Source: Candidatus Bathyarchaeota archaeon (GTDB taxonomy: Archaea; Thermoproteota; Bathyarchaeia; 40CM-2-53-6). From it: a DNA stretch of 64,000 nt. The position numbers were made by a program, and so were the translations under genes. The stretch spans positions 1,440,001 to 1,504,000 of the forward strand of contig CAVSBL010000002.1 in the NCBI GenBank assembly GCA_963726255.1, written 5' to 3'. Position 1 is the first letter of the stretch. The number at the start of each line of letters is the position of its first letter. Below, one piece after another: positions 28,214 to 38,483 of the stretch. The notes beneath the pieces were generated by a model. It was not told the origin of the DNA and ran no database searches. It was given only the letters and a program-made list of their open reading frames with translations.

Positions 28214-29272
28214 CTATCCCATCGTCAGCGCCATTACTGCTTTCTGGGCATGAAGGCGGTTTTCGGCTTCGTCGAATATGACGGAGTTCGGTCCATCCAT
28301 GACCTCATCGGTTACCTCGAAGCCGCGGTCTGCAGGTAAGCAGTGCATGTAGAGAGCTTTCTTCTTGCAGAGGTCCATCATCTTCTGGTCGCAGATCCAA
28401 TCTTTGTGCTTGTCTATGAGTTGCCTTACACCGTCTAGGTCAGGGCTAGACCTCTTGGGCGGCAAGTACTCCGTGCTCGTCCATGACTTCGGATAAACCA
28501 CGTCGGCACCTTGAAATGCTTCCTTCATGTCGTAGGACACTTCGAAGGAGCCGCCGTTTTCATCCGCTAGGCGTTTGCAGTTCTGTATCACTTTGGGATC
28601 CAGCTCGAAGCCCTTCGGATGGGCTAGTACGACATCCATTCCGAAGTTTGTCCCAACCAGTGCCACGCTGTGCGGCACGCTGAGCGGTTTCCACGGGCTT
28701 GGGGCGTATGCCCAGCTCATCACTAGCTTCTTTCCTTCAGGTTTCGGTAATTTCTCTTTGATGGTTAGTATATCAGCCATTGCTTGGCATGGGTGGAACA
28801 TGTCGTCTTCCATGTTGATGATCGGGATCTTGGACCATTTCGCGAAGTCGCGCACAATTTGGTTGCCTCTGCCATAGGTCCAGTCTGCGGGTTTTCCGAA
28901 GATCCGGATAGCAATCCCATGCCCATATCGCTCAAGCACTCTGGCGGTGTCTGAGACTCGTTCCTTGGTCTCAGCTGCCACCTTTGTCTCCCCAACATCG
29001 CCCAACTTGATTGTTGGGCTGTAGACCGTTTCGGGCTGCAAGTAGTGCGCATGCCCTCCAAGTTGCGTCATCCCCGCCTCGAAGCTGTTCCTGGTGCGGA
29101 GCGAGGGATTGTAGAATAGCATGAAGAGCGTCTTGTCGGCAAGGATCTTGTGCGGTTCGCCAACTGCGAACTTCCTCTTGAGGTCCTTCGCCAACTCCAG
29201 TACGGCGTCCAGCTCTTCACGAGTCCATTCGGCAGTGTCGATGAAGTCCATGCCCTTCAAATTTGTAAACAT
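28214..29272 (-). CDS. Ornithine-carbamoyltransferase-family enzyme, knotted YgeW/AOTCase type
   Basis: SLRT, HPCQ, SWAY...KPLSVP, MHCLPADRG and EAENRLH motifs. Confidence 0.88.
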   Translation of the reverse strand: MFTNLKGMDFIDTAEWTREELDAVLELAKDLKRKFAVGEPHKILADKTLFMLFYNPSLRTRNSFEAGMTQLGGHAHYLQPETVYSPTIKLGDVGETKVAAETKERVSDTARVLERYGHGIAIRIFGKPADWTYGRGNQIVRDFAKWSKIPIINMEDDMFHPCQAMADILTIKEKLPKPEGKKLVMSWAYAPSPWKPLSVPHSVALVGTNFGMDVVLAHPKGFELDPKVIQNCKRLADENGGSFEVSYDMKEAFQGADVVYPKSWTSTEYLPPKRSSPDLDGVRQLIDKHKDWICDQKMMDLCKKKALYMHCLPADRGFEVTDEVMDGPNSVIFDEAENRLHAQKAVMALTMG

Positions 29273-29341
29273 CTCTTAACGCCTCACGAATTCAGCGGAG
29301 TTTTCCGCTCTAAATCTGCATAAATATCTGCCTCGTGGGCT

Positions 29342-30154
29342 TCATGAGCGGTTTTGGCGCTCGCCTGATGCTATCGAACCTTTTCCGGAATAAGGGCGCC
29401 TTGGCAAAGCGAACTCTGTTCTTATTAGCTCAAGTAACCTTGAGACTGCGATTCGAGTCATCTGTTCACCTTGCTGCGCATTCACCTTCTTGATTTTGGT
29501 TAGAACGCCCGTCTTCGGAATCAGATCCTTGGTCGGAGGGAGAACAACGTACGGAGGATACCGTTCTGCTGAATCTCCTCTGATCCTGTCCTTCTTTACC
29601 AGTTTCGGCCTCAAGTACAACATCATAGCAGTTTCCATGTTGGCTGCGTGTTCCAAGGCTACACCCTCAAAGCCGGGGAAGATTTTGTCGTATTCCTCAG
29701 GTTTTATGAGTTCAAACCACCGGGCGACTACGACCTTTACGTTTGCGGGTCGACCGCTGTCCCTTAATGCGAGGTCGACGCCTTCGTTGAGAAACATGCT
29801 GTTTTCATAATGCCCGTCAAGAATAATGATCTTCTGCACTCCGTGCCGAATCACGTCTCTTAGGAAATCCCGCACAAGTGCCGTTAGGGTTGCTCCGTCC
29901 AAACTGCATGTTCCAGGAAAGTCGGGTCCACCTGAACTTCCGGGTTGAGGTTTGTATCCCAATGCCATCTGCGGGGCTACTACCACATCCGACTTCTCAG
30001 CCAATTTCAATGCAATTTCATAGGGTATGATAGCGTCAACGCCCAAGGGGAGGTGTGGCCCATGCTGCTCGGTTGAGCCGACGGGCACTACTATGACGCC
30101 GTTTCTCTTTACGAATGCATCGAAATCCTTCCATGTGATTTCCTGCATGTTCAA
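29342..30154 (-). CDS. Creatininase family amidohydrolase
   Basis: GSTEQHGPHLPLGVD, DGHYEN and EHAANMET motifs. Confidence 0.9.
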   Translation of the reverse strand: MNMQEITWKDFDAFVKRNGVIVVPVGSTEQHGPHLPLGVDAIIPYEIALKLAEKSDVVVAPQMALGYKPQPGSSGGPDFPGTCSLDGATLTALVRDFLRDVIRHGVQKIIILDGHYENSMFLNEGVDLALRDSGRPANVKVVVARWFELIKPEEYDKIFPGFEGVALEHAANMETAMMLYLRPKLVKKDRIRGDSAERYPPYVVLPPTKDLIPKTGVLTKIKKVNAQQGEQMTRIAVSRLLELIRTEFALPRRPYSGKGSIASGERQNRS

Positions 30155-30170
30155 TTCGAATCACATTCGA

Positions 30171-31190
30171 TTAGCTGTGGTTTGATTTGAAGTATGGGAT
30201 TACGTGTTTTGCGTACATGTCGATATACTTGTACTCGTCTTGGCTCCAGTTACAGGTGTGGATCTCTTGGAATCCCTCCTTCACGTACCGTTCCAGCCGT
30301 CGTATGTGCTCGTCCGGATCAGAGGAGATTATCCAAACCTTCGCTAGTTGCTTCTCATCAAGCCAAACTGATGTGGCCTCAACCTCCCTAGGGTCAGAGA
30401 CAGGGTACTTGTAGAAGACAGGCATCATTATTGTTCCCCACCGTTTGCATGCTTGAAGAGCCTTGTCGTAGTCTTCATCGTAGGCAACGTTCACTTCAAG
30501 TATCTTCGTTACTTTATCGGGGTCCCTTCCAACACTTTTGGCGCCCTTAACCACCGCAGGGAATAGGATCCGTTTGTAGAAGGAGACATCTGTATTCTCC
30601 ATGGTAAGGAACCCATCGCCATATTTGCCTGCAATCTCCGCGTTGATTGGTCCGTTTGCAGCGACGTACAGCGGAATCGGTTTGTCGGGTTTGGTGTACA
30701 GGTTTGCGTTTCTGAGTCGATAGTACTTGCCCTTGAAGGTGACGAAGTCTCTTGTCCATAAGGCTCGGATTATTCTGATGGCTTCCTCGTAGCGTTCGGA
30801 CCGTTCTCTGAAGTTCGGCCATTCATACCCTAGCGGCACTTCGTTCATTGCTTCGCCGGCCCCGACCGCCAAGAAAATTCGGTTAGGGTACATTACTCCT
30901 AGAGTCGCGTATGCTTGAGCAACCAAGGCGGGGTGGTATCGGAGGATCGGAGCGGTGACAGCGGGGCCTATTGGAATGGTCTTAACGTGTTCTGCGCAAG
31001 CTGCAATCCAAGACCATGTAAAACCGCAACCTGCGTCCGTATGAACCCACGGATGAAAATGGTCGGTCACCCAAACGGCTCCGAAACCGTTCTTTTCGGC
31101 GTAGACGGCTTGGTCGATCAGTTCGTGAGGGTTTCGTACCTTTTCCAACTCGACGAAGTATCCAATTCTCAATGTTCCTGAGCCCTGCAT
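30171..31190 (-). CDS. F420-dependent LLM oxidoreductase (FGD/G6PDH-like)
   Basis: DHFHPW, RYHPALVAQ and GAGEAMNE motifs. Confidence 0.88.
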   Translation of the reverse strand: MQGSGTLRIGYFVELEKVRNPHELIDQAVYAEKNGFGAVWVTDHFHPWVHTDAGCGFTWSWIAACAEHVKTIPIGPAVTAPILRYHPALVAQAYATLGVMYPNRIFLAVGAGEAMNEVPLGYEWPNFRERSERYEEAIRIIRALWTRDFVTFKGKYYRLRNANLYTKPDKPIPLYVAANGPINAEIAGKYGDGFLTMENTDVSFYKRILFPAVVKGAKSVGRDPDKVTKILEVNVAYDEDYDKALQACKRWGTIMMPVFYKYPVSDPREVEATSVWLDEKQLAKVWIISSDPDEHIRRLERYVKEGFQEIHTCNWSQDEYKYIDMYAKHVIPYFKSNHS

Positions 31191-31300
31191 AGTACGTAGT
31201 AGATGTCCGTTTTAGACTATGCCACTTACAGTGTATGCAGTTAACCAACACGGCAAATCTTTTAACGCGTTCAACCGCACTACGCGATTAGGTCTTTCGC

Positions 31301-32908
31301 TTGGAAACTCCGTCGAAAGTCTTCCTAAGAAAGGCATCTGGCCTTGTACGAGAAATATCGTTTACGGACGTTCTGTTGTACAATATCGCACAGATAAGCA
31401 TCGGTATCGGCATCGCGTACATTGTGCTCTTTGTTCCGTCCTTCTACCCTGGCAGCAGCATGGAACTATCAATAATCATAACCACAATTGGATGCATGTT
31501 TTTCGCGCTGGTCTATTCCCTGTTCTCGGTGACAATGCCGCGTTCTGGTGGGGACTATGTGTTCGTCACTAGAACACTGCATCCGGCAATCGGTTTCGCA
31601 ATGAACTGGAACTTCGCCTTATGGGAAATATTCTACGTCGGATGGTCCGCGGGTCTCTTCGGCTTCTTGGGACTATCTACCTTCTTCGCCATACTCGGAT
31701 CGATCACAGGGAACCCACAGATGGCGACCTATGCCCAGGCGGTCAGTACTCCGAATGGGTATGTCCTCCTAGGAACTGTGGTCCTTATCTTGTTCACATT
31801 GCTCCTGATCTTCGGAGTCAGATCGTACTTCAAGTTCCAGACGGCGAGTTTCATAATCGCTTTTGTTGGCAGTCTGCTTACAATAGTTGTCCTTGCAGCT
31901 ACAAACCCTGCTTCGTTCATAACTGCGTTCAACCACTACGCTTCTGCGCTGGGCGTGGCATCACCCGACGCATATCACGACATTATCAACGAAGCGGTCA
32001 AGGCAGGCTACACGACTGGTGCTGCCTTCAGCTGGGATGCAACATTGAAGAGCACTCTCTGGCCTTTCCTTGCTTTAGCAATCTCAATGCTCTCAACCGT
32101 TTTTGCTGGTGAGATCAAAAGCGTCAAGAAGAACCAGATGGTCGGCATACCAGCCAGTCTGGTATTATGTGGCGGTCTCTTCGTTGTAATGGCATACCTC
32201 ATCGTCAGAACCGTTGGGTACGATTTTCTGGGTGCGGCAGGATACCTCTATTATGTTAACCCATCCGCGTACCCACTTCCAACAGCGCCTTGGTACAGCC
32301 TTTTCGCAGCGTTAGTGAGCTCCAACATCGTTGTCACTTTTCTGATTTTGGTGAGTTTCGCAATTTGGTCGATTTACTGGGTTGCTGTATGTGCGATCTA
32401 TTCGTCCCGAAGTATGCTCGCATGGTCCATTGACAGGCTAACTCCAAAATGGGTTGGAAACGTCAGCGAGAAATATAGGACACCCGTCAGTGCAATACTC
32501 ATTTCAATGTTTGGCGGATGGATTTTTCTCCTAATCTATGCATACACGCCTTACCTGGTTACTCTAGTAGGAATGCTTGGACTGGCGATCACAATTCTGT
32601 TTGTCTGCATCGCTGGACTGGTACTACCATACCGTAGGCGAGAAATTTTCGAAAAGTCGCCTGCTAACTACAGAATCGCCGGCATTCCCGCCATAAGTAT
32701 CTTCAGCCTTGGAGGAATTATCTATCTACTCTATACAATCTATCTCTTCTTGATTGACAGCGTAGTCGCCGCAAACACGCCGAGCAACGAAATCGCAATT
32801 GTAGGCTTCATCGTGAGCGGATTCATCTACTTCTACGCTGCACGCGCATACCAGAAGAGCAAGGGCATTGACGTAGACCTTGCATACAAAGAAGTCCCAG
32901 TGGAGTAA
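31301..32908 (+). CDS. APC-family amino acid/amine permease
   Basis: FLRKASGLVRE and PRSGGDY motifs, about 12 TM helices. Confidence 0.9.
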   Translation: METPSKVFLRKASGLVREISFTDVLLYNIAQISIGIGIAYIVLFVPSFYPGSSMELSIIITTIGCMFFALVYSLFSVTMPRSGGDYVFVTRTLHPAIGFAMNWNFALWEIFYVGWSAGLFGFLGLSTFFAILGSITGNPQMATYAQAVSTPNGYVLLGTVVLILFTLLLIFGVRSYFKFQTASFIIAFVGSLLTIVVLAATNPASFITAFNHYASALGVASPDAYHDIINEAVKAGYTTGAAFSWDATLKSTLWPFLALAISMLSTVFAGEIKSVKKNQMVGIPASLVLCGGLFVVMAYLIVRTVGYDFLGAAGYLYYVNPSAYPLPTAPWYSLFAALVSSNIVVTFLILVSFAIWSIYWVAVCAIYSSRSMLAWSIDRLTPKWVGNVSEKYRTPVSAILISMFGGWIFLLIYAYTPYLVTLVGMLGLAITILFVCIAGLVLPYRRREIFEKSPANYRIAGIPAISIFSLGGIIYLLYTIYLFLIDSVVAANTPSNEIAIVGFIVSGFIYFYAARAYQKSKGIDVDLAYKEVPVE

Positions 32909-33036
32909 ACCCTCACCCCTCTGGTTTTTTCCCGTTTGGTAGACATGAGCCATAAGACCGCATCCACGACACATGTCGTGAGCTGGGCAATTATGAAGTC
33001 CCGGCGAAGCCAAAGAACACGAAAGCGGCCATAGCA

Positions 33037-33639
33037 TTGCCGCCCGCAGCTCTGATCGCAATCCCTGCTCGGCGCGGCAAGGCTGCTCGGGCTAAGAAGG
33101 GGCAGCTTGTCAAAGTGATTAACACACATGGCACGCAAGTCGTCGACACATGGGCGTTCAACGCAGACGATTTGCCTGAGTTTATGTCAATGGAGCACAC
33201 GCGGCCCCACACAGGGCACATAATTCCGAAGGTTGGCGACATCATGTGTACGAACAAGCGTCGCCCGATTCTCACATTCATGGAGGATACGTCGCCTGGA
33301 ATCCACGACACTATCATCGCCGCATGTGACCGATACCGTTACAGGTTCCTAAACTTCGAGGGCTATCACGACAACTGCACAGACAACCTCCACGCCGCTA
33401 TGAGCGAACTCGGTCTCACCCCGCCTGAAACTCCGAGCCCCTTGAATCTGTGGATGAACATCCCGGTGGGCCAGGACGGCAATATTCAGTTTCTGCCGAC
33501 TGTGGCGAAGCCAGGGGACTACGTGGTTCTCCGGGCCGAGATGGATGTTGTGATGGCCTTCTCGGCTTGTCCCCAAGACATACTGCCGATAAATGGCCCC
33601 TCATGCAAACCGGTCGAGTGCCATTTTCAAGTGATATAG
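33037..33639 (+). CDS. Urea-carboxylase-associated family protein (DUF1989)
   Basis: GTQVVD, HDT...AC, NCTDNL, LNLWMN and SACPQD motifs. Confidence 0.88.
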   Translation: MPPAALIAIPARRGKAARAKKGQLVKVINTHGTQVVDTWAFNADDLPEFMSMEHTRPHTGHIIPKVGDIMCTNKRRPILTFMEDTSPGIHDTIIAACDRYRYRFLNFEGYHDNCTDNLHAAMSELGLTPPETPSPLNLWMNIPVGQDGNIQFLPTVAKPGDYVVLRAEMDVVMAFSACPQDILPINGPSCKPVECHFQVI

Positions 33640-33737
33640 CGAATGGATGGATCTAACCACCAAGAACAGTATCGGATTCTCTACGTGTCGGAAGTGACCT
33701 ACGTGCTACGCTGAACCGTGTTCTGAACGCTTAACTT

Positions 33738-35342
33738 CTATTCGACTGGGATTTCCCGGAACGTTAAGCTTACGTCGACTCCCTGTTTCTTCCTGTAAGC
33801 TTTCATCACGTAGAAGAGGATGAAGCCAACGACTATGAATCCCGCGACCATTGCGAGGGAAGTGGTGCTGTTCGCTCCAGCTCGTGGGTCTGTGATCATG
33901 ATGTAAATTGCCACAATGTTCGTTATGGCGTTGATCGCACCGAAGATCGAAATCACTGGGATACCAGCAACTTTCCAGTCCACTCCTGAGCGGTTAAAGA
34001 ACTCCTTCTGTCTGAACGGGAAGATCATGGCTGCAATAGACGCGAGTAAGAAGACGAAACCGATTCCAAGCGAACCTGAAAGTACCCCTAGCCAAGTGGT
34101 GAAGGCGATTCCTGCAAGAAAAAGCGCGCCGCCGATCCCTGAGAGAACTATCGTGTTGATTGGGGTGCGGTATCGCTCACTGACATGTGCGAAGACATCT
34201 GGAAGCATTCCGTCCATAGCCCATGCAAAGGAAGTTCTAGAGGTGAAGACGTAGACAGTTGCTGTAAGGACGAGGAACCAGCTGAACCAACCGAACAGTA
34301 TGAACGAGCTGAGAATCGCGTTGTCAGTGAGCAGAGCCGTGAAGAGGTTGTACCATGGAGACACTGGAATTGGCAGTGCGGATGGGTTATTGAACATCAG
34401 GTACGTCGCCGCCCCAAGGAAGTCGTAACCAAACACCCTCCCGCCCAAGAAGAGTAATAGAAAGAACAACACACCAGTCACGAGAACAGACCCAACCATT
34501 CCGAACAGTTGACTCTTCTTGACGCTCTTCACCTCCCCCGAGTAAGATGCGGAGGTCATGCAGAAACCGATCGCAAGCCAAGGCCAGACAAAGAAGAACA
34601 CGGTTTCCAACAATGAAAAGGGCGTTCCTGAACCGAATCCGTTTTGGACCGCTGTTTGAATAATCGCATGGTATGTGTCGTCCAAGTTTGAGTATGGCTT
34701 CGAAAAGGCGTTGAAGCGGGAAATGAAAGTTTCCTGGCTAGTTGTAGCGAGAAGCGCTATGACCACAATTGTGCTTGCCACAGCAATTATGAAAACGACC
34801 TTCTGGAAGTTGAAATAGTTTTTCATCCCAGAAGCCAACAGGATGCCGTAGAAAACAATGCTGATAAGTCCAATCATGAAGAATGCGTTCGGAGTTCCAG
34901 CCCACTGACTCATCGAGATTAGGCCTGGGCTGTTGGTCACGAAGCCGATGCCGGCTAGCATCGGCGCCACGCCTTGGAACCCAAGCATAGCCGCGTTCAG
35001 GCCGAGATAGAATAGCATCCAGACAAAGAAGTTCCAACTCATAACAAAACCTAGTGTCGGATGAATTATGCGCGTAATGTAGACGTAGTCTCCCCCTGAA
35101 CGTGGATATACTGAAGCCAACAATGCGTATGTGAGACCTTGAAAGAGAGCCACAATCGTCGTGATGACGATCGACAGCTCAAGGCTAGCGCCGGGGTAGG
35201 AGATCCAGTAGAGCACGATGAAGAGTGTGTACCCGATGCTGATCATGAACATGTTATAGGCGAGAACATCAAACCCCGAGACCTCTCGGACAAGGCCTGA
35301 GGCTTTCCTGACAAACGTTCTGGGTTCAGTCATATCTAACAT
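33738..35342 (-). CDS. APC-family permease (tandem paralog 1)
   Basis: FVRKASGLVRE and PRSGGDY motifs, multi-TM. Confidence 0.9.
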   Translation of the reverse strand: MLDMTEPRTFVRKASGLVREVSGFDVLAYNMFMISIGYTLFIVLYWISYPGASLELSIVITTIVALFQGLTYALLASVYPRSGGDYVYITRIIHPTLGFVMSWNFFVWMLFYLGLNAAMLGFQGVAPMLAGIGFVTNSPGLISMSQWAGTPNAFFMIGLISIVFYGILLASGMKNYFNFQKVVFIIAVASTIVVIALLATTSQETFISRFNAFSKPYSNLDDTYHAIIQTAVQNGFGSGTPFSLLETVFFFVWPWLAIGFCMTSASYSGEVKSVKKSQLFGMVGSVLVTGVLFFLLLFLGGRVFGYDFLGAATYLMFNNPSALPIPVSPWYNLFTALLTDNAILSSFILFGWFSWFLVLTATVYVFTSRTSFAWAMDGMLPDVFAHVSERYRTPINTIVLSGIGGALFLAGIAFTTWLGVLSGSLGIGFVFLLASIAAMIFPFRQKEFFNRSGVDWKVAGIPVISIFGAINAITNIVAIYIMITDPRAGANSTTSLAMVAGFIVVGFILFYVMKAYRKKQGVDVSLTFREIPVE

Positions 35343-35421
35343 CTGCTCCGATCGCTCATGATTGAAAGTTCAATCGTATATAACATCGAGGGTGCACCTT
35401 CAGTTAGCGCTTCATTCCCAA

Positions 35422-37065
35422 CTACTCGACAGGTATCTCTTGGAATATCAGGTTCACGTCGACGCCTTGCCTCTTCCTGACATACTTCATGACGTAGAAG
35501 ATTATCACGCCTAGCACCAGGAATGCGCCCACTAATTCCTCTGATGTCGGACTGTTCGCGAAGGCTCTCCAGTCAAAGAGCATAATGTAGATCGCTACTC
35601 CGTTTGTTATCGCATTCAATAGACCGAGGATGCTGATGACAGGCACTCCCGCTATCTCCCAGTTAATTCCGGACTTCTTGTAGAAATCCCTCCGTCTGAA
35701 TGGAAAGATCATCGCAGCCACTGAAGCCAGGAACCAAACGAGTCCGATTCCCAGCGTCCCGGATAACACACCGAGCCAAGTCGTGTATGCGATGCCGGCA
35801 AGGAATATTACTGCGCCGACCGCGGAAAGTATGATTGTGTTGACAGGCGTTCTAAACTTCTCACTTACGTACGAGAAAGCATTGGGAAGCATCCCATCCA
35901 TCGCCCAGGCGAAGGATGTTCGAGTCGTGAAAAGGAAAGCTGCAACTGCCAGAACCAAGAACCAGCTAAACCAACCCACCAATATGAACGAACTCAACGC
36001 GACGTTGTCGGTGAGTAAAGCCGTCCAAAGGTTGTACCAAGGAGTGACAGGAATTAGAAGCGCCGCGGGGTCATTGAACTGCAGATAGCCCATTGCGCCA
36101 ATAAAATCGTATCCAAATACTCTGCCACCCAAGAACGCCAGCAGTATGAATAGGAAGCCCGTAATGATAGCTGAGCCGAGCATGCCGAAGATCTGGCTTT
36201 TCTTTACGCTCTTCACTTCTCCCGAGTACGACGCAGAGAGCATACAGTAACCTATCGCTAGCCAAGGCCAGACGAAGAAGAACATGGTTTCCAACAATGA
36301 AATTGGAGCGCCAGGAGTGAACCCCTCTGCAACAGCGGTCTGAATTGTTGCACTGTACGTGTCATCAACATGGGAATATGGTTTCGCAAGGGCGTTGAAA
36401 CGCGAAACGAATGTCTCGTGGCTTGTTGTTGCCAGTAGGACCATCATGACGATAGTGCTCGCCATCGCGATTACGAAGAGTACCTTCTGGAAGTTGAAAT
36501 AGTTCTTCATGCCAGAGATCAAGAGCAGAGCGTAGATGATTATCGCTGCCGTTCCAATCATGAAGTAGGCGTTCGGGGTCCCAGCCCACTGGCCCATTGA
36601 GATCAGGTTGGCGTCCCCCGTTATGAATCCAATCCCTCCCAGAGTGGGCGCAAGGCCTTGAAAACCAATCATACCAGACTGAAGGCCTACGTAGAATACC
36701 ATCCAAATCCAAAAGTTCCAGCTCATCACGAACCCAAGCGCTGGGTGGAGAATGCGCGTCATGTACACGTAGTCGCCACCCGAGCGTGGGTAGGCGGAGG
36801 CTAACAAAGCATACACGAGGCCTTGGATGATGCTGACAACAATTGTCAGGATAATAGACCATTCAAGGCTGGCTCCTGGGTAGAGTACCCAGTAGAAGAA
36901 CATGAAAAGGGCATAGCCCAAGCTGATGATGAACATGTTGTATGCGAGAACATCGACAGCAGACACTTCTCGGACGAGGCCAGAAGCGCGTCTCACAAAC
37001 GTTTTCCGTTCAGCCAAAAATCCATCCCCTGTTGTGTCCTTAACACTTGCCCAGGTTGTGACCAA
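35422..37065 (-). CDS. APC-family permease (tandem paralog 2; start may be about 37016)
   Basis: FVRRASGLVRE and PRSGGDY motifs. Closely similar to the neighbouring gene. Confidence 0.9.
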   Translation of the reverse strand: MVTTWASVKDTTGDGFLAERKTFVRRASGLVREVSAVDVLAYNMFIISLGYALFMFFYWVLYPGASLEWSIILTIVVSIIQGLVYALLASAYPRSGGDYVYMTRILHPALGFVMSWNFWIWMVFYVGLQSGMIGFQGLAPTLGGIGFITGDANLISMGQWAGTPNAYFMIGTAAIIIYALLLISGMKNYFNFQKVLFVIAMASTIVMMVLLATTSHETFVSRFNALAKPYSHVDDTYSATIQTAVAEGFTPGAPISLLETMFFFVWPWLAIGYCMLSASYSGEVKSVKKSQIFGMLGSAIITGFLFILLAFLGGRVFGYDFIGAMGYLQFNDPAALLIPVTPWYNLWTALLTDNVALSSFILVGWFSWFLVLAVAAFLFTTRTSFAWAMDGMLPNAFSYVSEKFRTPVNTIILSAVGAVIFLAGIAYTTWLGVLSGTLGIGLVWFLASVAAMIFPFRRRDFYKKSGINWEIAGVPVISILGLLNAITNGVAIYIMLFDWRAFANSPTSEELVGAFLVLGVIIFYVMKYVRKRQGVDVNLIFQEIPVE

Positions 37066-37614
37066 GAATCGGTTATATTACTTGTGTTAAGAGAGTATAT
37101 AACCAAAGTCCGGATTCACAGCGTTACTATTGGACAGCTGACAAAGGACTCAGCTGCAATCAGAATCATTTTCAGAACGCAAATTCGGAACGACCATTAG
37201 AGAGCTTGGGCGCGCCTAGAAAAGGAACCAATAAACTCGTTGAACTCGCAGTACGCATCGCACTGCTAATGGCGAGAAGGCACTCTTAAGGGGAGACCCA
37301 TTATGTCCTAGACCGGCAAGTCACAGATCACGATAACGCGTATGCCGCGGCGTCGAATGAAACTCGGTCATACGAGGAAGGTCAAGCTGGGCGTATTTGA
37401 AGGAGGTCCCTTCTTCAGAACCTGGTGCCGTGAACGTGGTGCACGGTATCCAGACAGCCGCGGTCGAGTGAGCCGGCAAGGAAATGAGGATTGGCCGTTT
37501 GTCTAGGTCTACAAGAAATCAGCCGCTGACCATTCCTTCACGAAAGAAACTGGGAGTAAGACATTAGAATTAGCTTTTTCAACTCGTTCGGTTAACTAGC
37601 CCTCCACGTTTGAG

Positions 37615-38385
37615 TTGAGATATGTGTCGACAGACAAGGCGAGCCTCTACGTCAATGAAGCGTTGAAACTAGTTCAGGAAGCGGAGAAGAGAAGCATCGA
37701 TCTTCGTGTCATGGGAGCGGTGGCTTTCAGAATTCATTGCCCCGAATTCATCAAGCTCATTGACGCAATGAACCGGCCACTGACCGATCTCGACTTCATA
37801 GGCTATAGGAAGCAAAGGTCGGACACCATTAAGATGTTCAAGGAGCTCGGGTACACGTTGGACAAGGAGATGCTAATTCTTGGTGAGCGCCTCAAGTTTC
37901 ACAGTCCTTCAAATGGCCCAGATATTGACGTTTTCTTAGATGAACTCCGGATGTCTCATACCCTTGTTTTCAAGGACCGTCTCAAACTGGATTTACCCAC
38001 TATTCCATTGGTCGATCTTCTGCTAGAGAAGATGCAGATAGTACAGATCAATGAGAAAGACATCAAGGACACGATACTTCTTCTACGAGAGCATGCGATT
38101 GGGAATGGTGAATCAGAGACAATCGACTCCCAGCACCTGTCGAAGCTGCTTTCAAACGATTGGGGATTCTACTACACTGTGACAACGAATCTGAAGAAAG
38201 TGATGGAATTCCTACCAGTTTACACCGCACTCTCAGAAGACGACCGGAAAGATGTTTCCTCGAAGGTCTCAGCACTCATCGAAAAGATAGAATCCGCACC
38301 GAAGAGCGCGAAGTGGAAGATGAGAGCGACTGTCGGCACGAAAAGAAAATGGTACGAGGATGTGGAAGAGACCCACATTGGTTGA
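37615..38385 (+). CDS. Uncharacterised nucleotidyltransferase-fold protein
   Basis: MGAVAF...DLDF...DIDVF pattern, plus LLLEKMQI..INEKDIKD. Confidence 0.7.
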   Translation: MRYVSTDKASLYVNEALKLVQEAEKRSIDLRVMGAVAFRIHCPEFIKLIDAMNRPLTDLDFIGYRKQRSDTIKMFKELGYTLDKEMLILGERLKFHSPSNGPDIDVFLDELRMSHTLVFKDRLKLDLPTIPLVDLLLEKMQIVQINEKDIKDTILLLREHAIGNGESETIDSQHLSKLLSNDWGFYYTVTTNLKKVMEFLPVYTALSEDDRKDVSSKVSALIEKIESAPKSAKWKMRATVGTKRKWYEDVEETHIG

Positions 38386-38483
38386 CTGTATCGCTTCGGG
38401 TCTGATGAGATGAGAAATTCATGGGTTTTCACCAGCATTTGTTTGATGTATACCAGGTTTCCAGAGAACAAGAGTAAATTCAC

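Noticed and set aside
37066-37614. About 550-bp gap as RNase P RNA, SRP RNA or another ncRNA
   Set aside because: Only a partial GAGGAAG match and no complementary P4 or SRP helix-8 motif that I could find. A 54-codon ORF there has no recognisable features. An Rfam scan would settle it.
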